From Candidatus Hadarchaeales archaeon (GTDB lineage Archaea > Hadarchaeota > Hadarchaeia > Hadarchaeales > Hadarchaeaceae), in the NCBI GenBank assembly GCA_038823825.1, contig JAWBCC010000003.1, positions 60,001 through 92,000 on the forward strand: a stretch of 32,000 nt of DNA, written 5' to 3'. Every line of letters starts with the position of its first letter. Position 1 is the stretch's first letter. Made by a program: the position numbers and the translations under genes. Below are positions 25,875 through 31,651 of the stretch, one piece after another. The notes below the pieces were generated by a model. That model ran no database searches, was not told the origin of the DNA, and saw nothing but the letters and a program-made list of their open reading frames with translations.

Positions 25875-26093
25875 ATGACAACAGATCTGGATCCAAGGAC
25901 GCTGAAAGTTTATGAGACGATGAAGAAGCTCGGGGCTACCTCGCCAAACTCTCTGAAGACCGCGGACGACATAATGCGCGCCTGTGGTCTTCCGAAGAGC
26001 GTGGTGAACAACGCTCTAATGACTCTTGTGAACAAGGGTTATGCGAAGAGGGTGGCGAGGGAGAAGGCTGCCGGTTACTATCTTTTGAAGTGA
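25875..26093 (+). CDS. small winged-helix DNA-binding protein (72 aa)
   Basis: ATG 25875 has a GAGGTGA SD at 25865-25871. The product (TLKVYETMKKLGATSPNSLKTADDIMRACGLPKSVVNNALMTLVNKGYAKRV) has a wHTH pattern. The upstream part of ORF 25581-26093 is antisense to the UPF0316 gene. Confidence 0.55.
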   Translation: MTTDLDPRTLKVYETMKKLGATSPNSLKTADDIMRACGLPKSVVNNALMTLVNKGYAKRVAREKAAGYYLLK

Positions 26094-26121
26094 CTATTTT
26101 CCGGCACCTGGCCCTCCACAG

Positions 26122-26144
26122 TTTCTTTTTTCTTTTCTTTTTCC
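26122..26144 (+). terminator. oligo-T/pyrimidine tract (tttcttttttcttttctttttcc), candidate archaeal terminator
   Basis: It begins 29 nt after the stop of the wHTH gene. Archaeal intrinsic termination uses T-runs. It could instead be 5'-UTR sequence of the DUF763 gene. Confidence 0.35.
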
Positions 26145-26156
26145 AAGGTTTAGCTG

Positions 26157-27266
26157 ATGAAAAGAGTGGGTGTTGCGGAGCTTCCTCTTCATGGCGGGAA
26201 ATGTCCTCCTTGGCTTTTCGGCAGGATGAAGAGACTTGGGGGCGCTATTGCGGAGCTCATCGTCAGAGAGTACGGGAGGAAGGAGTTTCTCCGCAGGCTG
26301 GGAGATCCGTTTTTCCTCCAGTCTCTTGGTTGTGTTTTGGGTTATGATTGGCATAGCTCTGGTTTGACGACTGTGACGATGGGTGCTCTTAAAGAGGCAC
26401 TTGCTGAGAGGGATCTTGGGATAGTCGTCTGCGGCGGAAAGGGTCTGGTTTCAAGGAGGACGCCGGACGAGATAGAGAAGGTTGCGGAGAAGTTCTCTTT
26501 CTCGACCGCGGAGAAGGAGAGGCTGAAGTATGCGAGTAGGATGGTTGCGAAGGTGGACAATGCTTGTGTTCAGGATGGATATCAGCTTTACCATCATACT
26601 TTCGTTTTGAGTGAGGATGGGGACTGGGCGGTTGTTCAGCAGGGGATGAGGGAGAAGTTTGCTAGGCGGTATCATTGGATATCGGAGGGTTTGAAGAGCT
26701 TCGTGGAGGAGCCGCATTCGGGGATAGCTGGAGAGAGAAAGGAGGATGTTGTTTTGGATATGACGGCTGAGGAGAGCGAAGAGGCGAGGAAGACGAGCGT
26801 GGATTTGGTGAGGGAGAACCCGAGGAGACTTCTCTCTTATGTTAGGGGTGCGGAGCAGAAGCTTTTGGATGAGTATCTGGAGAAGAAGCCGGAGGTTAAG
26901 GTTCTTCTCATGCCTGCGGGGCACAGGATATCGGAGTTGACGGAAAAGACGATTGCGGCGCTTAAGAGGGCTTACGAGATTCAGCCTGAGAATTATGAAG
27001 AGCTAGTGGCAATAAAGGGAATTGGTCCGAAGGCGATAAGGGCTCTTGCTCTTGTCTCAGCGGTTATCTATGGGAAGCCGCCATCTTGGAAGGATCCTGT
27101 GAGGTATAGCTTCGCGCATGGAGGGAAGGACGGGATTCCGTATCCTGTTGATAGGAAAACATATCAGACGACGATCGAGATTCTCGAAGAGGCGATAGAG
27201 GGAATGGAAGCTGGGAAGGAGGAGAAAATCCGAGCTCTTCGGAGACTTCACGAGTTTGTTGGGTAG
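26157..27266 (+). CDS. DUF763-family protein with helix-hairpin-helix motif
   Basis: The N-terminus VAELPLHGGKCPPWLFGRMKRLG...FLQSLGCVLGYDWHSSGLTTV matches my recollection of the DUF763 family. An HhH-like LVAIKGIGPKAIRALALV lies near the C-terminus. Confidence 0.7.
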   Translation: MKRVGVAELPLHGGKCPPWLFGRMKRLGGAIAELIVREYGRKEFLRRLGDPFFLQSLGCVLGYDWHSSGLTTVTMGALKEALAERDLGIVVCGGKGLVSRRTPDEIEKVAEKFSFSTAEKERLKYASRMVAKVDNACVQDGYQLYHHTFVLSEDGDWAVVQQGMREKFARRYHWISEGLKSFVEEPHSGIAGERKEDVVLDMTAEESEEARKTSVDLVRENPRRLLSYVRGAEQKLLDEYLEKKPEVKVLLMPAGHRISELTEKTIAALKRAYEIQPENYEELVAIKGIGPKAIRALALVSAVIYGKPPSWKDPVRYSFAHGGKDGIPYPVDRKTYQTTIEILEEAIEGMEAGKEEKIRALRRLHEFVG

Positions 27267-27280
27267 TGCACAGCTGTGCA
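27267..27280. repeat. palindrome copy 1: TGCACAGCTGTGCA (perfect 14-bp dyad)
   Basis: It starts immediately after the DUF763 TAG stop. The extended block agTGCACAGCTGTGCAtaatttcg is shared with copy 5. Confidence 0.9.
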
Positions 27281-27317
27281 TAATTTCGCTTCATTCACAA
27301 ATTTGACTAGGGTTGAG

Positions 27318-27331
27318 TTCACAGCTGTGCA
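27318..27331. repeat. palindrome copy 2: TTCACAGCTGTGCA (1 mismatch)
   Basis: The extended block ggttgagTTCACAGCTGTGCA is shared with copy 4. It abuts the TATA-like cttataaa at 27336-27343. Confidence 0.9.
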
Positions 27332-27356
27332 TTCCCTTATAAACCGCTTTCAACTG

Positions 27357-27620
27357 ATGGATCGGTGGGAGTGCACAGCTGTGCACGGTCGAGTAATTCT
27401 TTTCACGTGGGAGCTTAAGGAGAGCTCAAAATCTCGGCGTTGGTTTTACGCAAATCTCAGGCGACTGCTGGATGAGCTTCCGCGAAACAGCTGGTGTAAA
27501 CTTGGGGGTTCGGTCTATCTCGTGGAAAAACGATATTCTGTGAGATTTCTAATGCTTCTCAAAAAGTTTGAAGGACCGGAACTAACGTGGTATTCGTTCG
27601 AGATAGTGCGTCAGGTTTGA
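27357..27620 (+). CDS. small orphan protein (about 80-114 aa depending on start), possible ferredoxin-like (Cas2/VapD-like) fold
   Basis: The ORF is open from 27276 to 27620, with candidate starts at GTG 27276, ATG 27357 and GTG 27381. The core VILFTWELKESSKSRRWFYANLRRLLDEL..KLGGSVYLVEKRYSVRFLMLLKKFEGPELTWYSFEI shows an alternating beta-alpha-beta-beta-alpha-beta hydrophobicity pattern. I recognise no family. Confidence 0.45.
   Translation: MDRWECTAVHGRVILFTWELKESSKSRRWFYANLRRLLDELPRNSWCKLGGSVYLVEKRYSVRFLMLLKKFEGPELTWYSFEIVRQV
27372..27385. repeat. palindrome copy 3: TGCACAGCTGTGCA (16-bp dyad with its flanks, gTGCACAGCTGTGCAc)
   Basis: It lies about 30-45 nt downstream of the TATA-like box, at the predicted transcription start / 5' end of the small ORF. 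Confidence 0.9.
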
Positions 27621-27621
27621 G

Positions 27622-27635
27622 TTCACAGCTGTGCA
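27622..27635. repeat. palindrome copy 4: TTCACAGCTGTGCA
   Basis: It starts 2 nt after the small ORF's TGA. The flank ggtttgag matches copy 2, and caacgccccc follows. Confidence 0.9.
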
Positions 27636-27674
27636 CAACGCCCCCGCTGATCACGGGAAATCCCACCACAGCAG

Positions 27675-27688
27675 TGCACAGCTGTGCA
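27675..27688. repeat. palindrome copy 5: TGCACAGCTGTGCA
   Basis: The extended block agTGCACAGCTGTGCAtagtttcg matches copy 1. It lies about 15 nt upstream of the TATA-like taaattctaaaaat (27703-27716) of tRNA-Tyr. Confidence 0.9.
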
Positions 27689-27739
27689 TAGTTTCGTGTG
27701 CGTAAATTCTAAAAATCGGTGAATAGATGTAGAAATGGG

Positions 27740-27830
27740 CCCGCGGTAGCTCAGCTTGGTAGAGCGGCCGGCTGTAGACCCGTCGGCCGAAACCGGCATG
27801 TCGGGAGTTCAAATCTCCCCCGCGGGACCA
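27740..27830 (+). tRNA. tRNA-Tyr (anticodon GTA) with 14-nt intron at the canonical 37/38 position, CCA encoded
   Basis: Acceptor CCCGCGG/CCGCGGG carries the archaeal/eukaryal Tyr identity pair C1:G72. The D arm is GCTC..GAGC. The anticodon stem GCCGG (27767-71) pairs with CCGGC (27793-97), enclosing 21 nt, which is the 7-nt loop CTGTAGA plus a 14-nt intron (27778-27791, with 1-nt sliding ambiguity). The T arm is GGGAG-TTCAAAT-CTCCC. Confidence 0.85.
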
Positions 27831-27852
27831 TGAGTCCATTTCAATCGCCTGC

Positions 27853-28656
27853 TTAAGGATGACTGGAGAACACTGGAATCGGGGCCGCTTTCGTACACTT
27901 TTCCCGATATCCGCACGCACCACATTTTTCAGCTTTTCTGGTCGGTTTGGCGTTTCTTCTTTCCTCCCAAAACGGTATCGCCCATTCAAGCTTTTCGATT
28001 GCGCTTTCCAGCGAGAAGGGGTACATCCAGACCACTAGTCCAGGAATGTCGAGATCAACCGGTTCTTTTTTATACAGTTCAGGTATGCTCAGCATGCATA
28101 TTGTCTGGTTGAGACTCTCGATCTTTTCTCTGTTCAGATCGTGTGGTGCTACAGAGATGGCGTATCTCAGCTCAGAAGTTTCGAAGCCAAGGTCATGGAG
28201 AAGATATCCGTAAACCAGAGCCTGAACGTGATAACTCGGAAAAATCTTCGGCTTTCTGGAAAACTTGTATTCGATGAGCAGCGTGGGTTTTCTGCGCCTG
28301 AAGAGTATATAGTCCGGTCTACCTGCGATTACGCATTCCCGGTACTTTCCGAGTAGAAGCATAGAAGCCCCAACCGTTGGCTTTTGAAATATGTCTCTCC
28401 AGAGATCCTCTCTTTTTACAGGAATCATGCCGGAAAGAGTCAGTTCATGCTTTTCATCACCCTTTTCCATTTCTTGGGTCTGAATCTTCCCGTAGGTGTA
28501 TTTGAGTTCCACTTTTTTCTCGCAATAAAACTGTTCTGCTATCTCCGAGGCATTCACAAAATGTAGTCCAAAGCGGAGCCTTTTTTTACTCTCTTTTGCT
28601 TCCTCCAGCAATGACATAAATCTTCTAAACGGTTTCCACCTTTTCATGGAACCCAC
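27853..28656 (-). CDS. Cas4-like PD-(D/E)xK nuclease with 4-Cys Fe-S motif (stand-alone, no CRISPR array or other recognisable cas genes in window)
   Basis: The N-terminal Cys is in ASEIAEQFYCEKK. The nuclease core is GRPDYILF...LLIEYKFS (D...ExK), followed by QALVYGYLL (QxxxY) and the C-terminal CGACGYREKC (Cx2Cx5C). The start is GTG 28656 or ATG 28647. Confidence 0.8.
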   Translation of the reverse strand: MGSMKRWKPFRRFMSLLEEAKESKKRLRFGLHFVNASEIAEQFYCEKKVELKYTYGKIQTQEMEKGDEKHELTLSGMIPVKREDLWRDIFQKPTVGASMLLLGKYRECVIAGRPDYILFRRRKPTLLIEYKFSRKPKIFPSYHVQALVYGYLLHDLGFETSELRYAISVAPHDLNREKIESLNQTICMLSIPELYKKEPVDLDIPGLVVWMYPFSLESAIEKLEWAIPFWEERRNAKPTRKAEKCGACGYREKCTKAAPIPVFSSHP

Positions 28657-28738
28657 AAAACTAAATTAGGGTTTTGTCATAAAATACGCTTGGGCAGTTA
28701 ACAAGATCCCACAAACGAGAGTAGTTTTTTAAATTTCG

Positions 28739-29176
28739 TTGTTTATAAAGGAGCTTCATTCAATCAGCTTGTGGGTTGTTTTGTCAGGTGTTCGGATATC
28801 ATCGCCGCATGACATATTTGCTCTCGTAAAAGGAGATTTCTCGAATGATAGCGAAAAGGTGGAGCTTGTAATGCTAGATTCGATGTGCAACGTTCTCGCA
28901 AAGGAAATTGTTTCCGAGGGAAGCGAGAACTCGGCTCCCCTCCATCCCCGTCAAGTGCTTGCCGTGGCTCTTCGATATCCGACGGTTTTCATTGTTCTTG
29001 TTCATAACCATCCGAAAGGTTGTGTGGAACCCAGCGAGGAGGATATAGAGGTAACGAGGAAAATTGCAAAGGCTGGAAAAATGGTTGGCGTTTACCTACT
29101 CGATCACCTGATAATTGGGAATGGGAAATTCTTTAGTTTCCTTCAGCAAGGTCTAATTTCTCCTTCAATTAGATAA
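28739..29176 (+). CDS. RadC-like JAB/MPN domain protein
   Basis: The JAMM signature VLVHNHPKGCVEPSEEDIEVT is present, followed by VYLLDHLIIGNGKFFSF. It is the C-terminal RadC domain only. The start is uncertain (TTG 28739 from the track, with other in-frame TTG/GTG/ATG codons downstream). Confidence 0.8.
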   Translation: MFIKELHSISLWVVLSGVRISSPHDIFALVKGDFSNDSEKVELVMLDSMCNVLAKEIVSEGSENSAPLHPRQVLAVALRYPTVFIVLVHNHPKGCVEPSEEDIEVTRKIAKAGKMVGVYLLDHLIIGNGKFFSFLQQGLISPSIR

Positions 29177-29198
29177 GCAGAAATTAAAGCTGCTTATC
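29172..29198. promoter_or_regulatory. perfect 9-bp inverted repeat (GATAAGCAG-n9-CTGCTTATC) between radC-like gene and hsdM
   Basis: The stem overlaps the radC-like TAA stop, and a third agataag follows at 29199-29205, 10 nt before the hsdM ATG. It could be a hairpin (terminator or processing site) or a dimeric operator. Confidence 0.35.
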
Positions 29199-29214
29199 AG
29201 ATAAGTTTATATGC

Positions 29215-30996
29215 ATGAAAGAAGAAAATTATAAGATTAATTTGGCAAAAAGAATCGACAGATGGCTAGAAAATAGGCGAATTTTGCTCATGAAAACTTT
29301 TGGGACTAGAGAATTTACCCGTAGAGAAGCTACAGATGTCCTAAAAGAAAAATTTGGTGATGATGAGAAAGCAGTTGCTGCAGTTCTCTCGGAGTTAAAG
29401 CATGCTGGTTATCTCGAGATGAGACCGGATCCTACTGACGCCAGGAAAACGATATACTGCCTAAAAGAAGTCAAGATTCTCAAGCCTGAAACAGAGGAGC
29501 TGACAAGGGATGAGCTAGAATCGCTCCTAAAAAGAGCCGCGGATCTCATACGAACTCGTGTTGATTACAAGTTCATTCTCATTCTGCTCTTTCTCAAGAG
29601 AATAAGTGATAAGTGGGAGATGGAGTTTAAACAGGTTTACGAGCAGCTTCTCCGGAATGGACTTTCGGAGGAAGAAGCCGAGGAGGAAGCTAAGAGCAGC
29701 ATCTACCACGAGTTTGATTTGCCTGAGAAGTTCCTTTGGGAAAACCTTCGCAAAGATGTGGCTAGACTCCCGGAGAGACTCGCTGAATGTCTCAAAACCC
29801 TCGCCGAACGCAACCCGGAGTTGAAGGATGTGGTGGATAGGGGAGATTTTCTCCAGTTTGCGAGAAGTTCGGAAAATGCGGAGATTTTGAGGCAGCTTGT
29901 TGAACTCTTCAGTTCTCGCAAGCTCCACCACGTTTCTCCCGATGTGCTCGGAGACGCGTATGAATGGGTTTTGAGGTACTTTGCTCCGGAAAAGGCGAAA
30001 GAGGGAGAAATCTACACACCAAGGGAGGTCATAAAACTGCTCGTTGAGATTTTGAATCCGAAATCTGGAGAATCTGTTTATGATCCAGCGTGCGGATCGG
30101 GTGGAATGCTCATTTTGTCGTTCAAGAATGTGGAGGAAAAGGAGGGGAGGGAGGCAACCCGAAAGCTCTCCTTGTACGGACAGGAGGCAAACCGGGAGAT
30201 TTTCGCTCTCTGCAAAATGAATATGTACATCCACGATATTAGGGATGTCAACATTGAGTGGGGTGATACGCTTCTCTATCCAAAGTTCATTGAGGGGAAC
30301 AGGCCAAAGACTTTCGACGTTGTGATGGCGAATCCACCTTGGAATCAGGATGGTTATCACGAGGAGGTTCTGAAGAAGGGAGAGTTCTGGGGAGAGAGGT
30401 TTGTCTACGGTTTCCCGCCCAAACAGTCTGCGGACTGGGCATGGATTCAGCATATGCTGGCTTCCGCCGACGGGAAAAACGGAAGGGTTGGGGTTGTTAT
30501 AGACAACGGTTGTCTGTTCAGGGGAGGGAAGGAGCGGGCAATAAGGGAGAGGGTGCTGAGAGATGACCTGCTGGAGTGCGTGATCCTTCTGCCGGAGAAG
30601 CTCTTTTATAACACCGGAGCCCCGGGAGCCATTCTGATTTTCCGTAAACATAAGCCAGCCGAGAGGAAGGGGAAGATCCTGTTCATTAACGCGAGCCAGG
30701 AGTATGAGAAGCATCCAGAGGTGAGGAAGCTGAACAGGCTTGGGGAGGCAAACATAAGGAAGATCGCTGAGGCCTACAGGAACTTCAAGGATGTTGAGGG
30801 TTTCGCCAGAGTGGTTTCGCTGGGGGAGGTGAGGGAGAACGATTACAATCTAAACGTCACGCTGTACGTCTTTCCGGAGGAGAAGGTCGAGGAGATAGAC
30901 GTGGCGAAGGAGTGGGAGGAACTCCGCAAGATTGAGAAGGAAATTACAGAGGTTGAGGAGAAGATTCAGGGATATTTGAGGGAGGTTGGAGGTTAA
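29215..30996 (+). CDS. hsdM: type I restriction-modification N6-adenine DNA methyltransferase subunit with about 95-aa N-terminal winged-helix extension
   Basis: The HsdM_N-like region is AADLIRTRVDYKFILILLFLKRISDKWE. The AdoMet motif is VYDPACGSGGML and the catalytic motif IV is VMANPPWN. Residues 1-95 (..REATDVLKEKFGDDEKAVAAVLSELKHAGYLEMRPDPTDARKTIYCL) look like a MarR-type wHTH. Confidence 0.9.
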   Translation: MKEENYKINLAKRIDRWLENRRILLMKTFGTREFTRREATDVLKEKFGDDEKAVAAVLSELKHAGYLEMRPDPTDARKTIYCLKEVKILKPETEELTRDELESLLKRAADLIRTRVDYKFILILLFLKRISDKWEMEFKQVYEQLLRNGLSEEEAEEEAKSSIYHEFDLPEKFLWENLRKDVARLPERLAECLKTLAERNPELKDVVDRGDFLQFARSSENAEILRQLVELFSSRKLHHVSPDVLGDAYEWVLRYFAPEKAKEGEIYTPREVIKLLVEILNPKSGESVYDPACGSGGMLILSFKNVEEKEGREATRKLSLYGQEANREIFALCKMNMYIHDIRDVNIEWGDTLLYPKFIEGNRPKTFDVVMANPPWNQDGYHEEVLKKGEFWGERFVYGFPPKQSADWAWIQHMLASADGKNGRVGVVIDNGCLFRGGKERAIRERVLRDDLLECVILLPEKLFYNTGAPGAILIFRKHKPAERKGKILFINASQEYEKHPEVRKLNRLGEANIRKIAEAYRNFKDVEGFARVVSLGEVRENDYNLNVTLYVFPEEKVEEIDVAKEWEELRKIEKEITEVEEKIQGYLREVGG

Positions 30997-31000
30997 ACAA

Positions 31001-31651
31001 ATGAAAAGATCAAATGATGAGATTCGCGAGTTAATTCTAAGAGAATTATATGAAGTTCACAAAAAAGCTAGGAGTCTAAAAGCCACGGGAAAAAGCATAA
31101 GCGAGTTGAAACGCCAACTTAAGAAGCAATATGGACTAAGTGAAAAAGAAATTGTGCCCAATCTTGATTTTTTAATCCAATGCGGTTGGGTAAAGGTAGA
31201 GAAAGAAACATCCGAGTTTAAAACTCCAAGAGGGTTTATAAAGAAACAGGAGAAAGGTATCTTCAAAATTTCAGATATGGGTATCAACTATTTTGAAGGA
31301 CAATCCAAATTCCAAAGGATAGAGAGATCGCTTGCTGGTATAAACATAACTAATATAGGTGGGGTCACAGTCTTAGGGGACGGAAATGTAGTTGTAAATG
31401 TAAACTATGTTGATTTATACAAAGAACTGTCTATGCTTTCAGAGATCATAAGAAAAAGTGATCAACTCAAAGATGTTGACAAATTAAACTACATCGCGGA
31501 AATTGAAACAATAAAATCCCAGTTGATGAAACCGGAACCTGACAAGAACATAATAAAGCAAGCTTGGGAAAAACTAAAGCCACTTGCAACTATTGCTGGC
31601 ATAGCTTCGTTTTTCGAGCGAGTTGTTAAATTAATGGGGGCATTGTTTTGA
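31001..31651 (+). CDS. hypothetical protein encoded between hsdM and hsdS (N-terminal wHTH-like region, C-terminal helical region)
   Basis: ATG 31001 has a GGAGGT SD 7 nt upstream, and the ORF opens at TTG 30986. The stop TGA overlaps the hsdS TTG start. This stretch is visibly more A+T-rich than hsdM. I recognise no family. Confidence 0.55.
   Translation: MKRSNDEIRELILRELYEVHKKARSLKATGKSISELKRQLKKQYGLSEKEIVPNLDFLIQCGWVKVEKETSEFKTPRGFIKKQEKGIFKISDMGINYFEGQSKFQRIERSLAGINITNIGGVTVLGDGNVVVNVNYVDLYKELSMLSEIIRKSDQLKDVDKLNYIAEIETIKSQLMKPEPDKNIIKQAWEKLKPLATIAGIASFFERVVKLMGALF

Noticed and set aside
26090-26354. ORFs 26090-26347 (+) and 26094-26354 (-)
   Set aside because: Both overlap the 5' part of the DUF763 gene in other frames. 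Their products are low-complexity, and they span the pyrimidine tract, so they are shadow ORFs.
27267-27688. Palindrome cluster considered as a CRISPR array or as archaeal origin-recognition boxes (ORB)
   Set aside because: It is not CRISPR. The repeat is only 14 bp and perfectly palindromic, there are only five copies, the spacing is irregular (37-40 bp, then 236 bp), and one 'spacer' is a coding ORF. It is probably not an origin either: there is no orc1/cdc6 gene, no AT-rich unwinding element between the sites, and the dyad lacks the consistent ORB-type G-string (only copy 4 has an adjacent C5 run). The origin idea cannot be fully excluded without genome-wide data.
27651-27989. 112-aa minus-strand ORF
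   Set aside because: It runs through tRNA-Tyr and palindrome copy 5 and overlaps the 3' end of the Cas4-like gene in another frame, so it is spurious.
29527-30714. 395-aa ORF on the minus strand
   Set aside because: It is entirely antisense to hsdM, which carries unambiguous methyltransferase motifs (DPACGSGGML, NPPW). The antisense product is low-complexity with no recognisable motif, so it is a shadow ORF.
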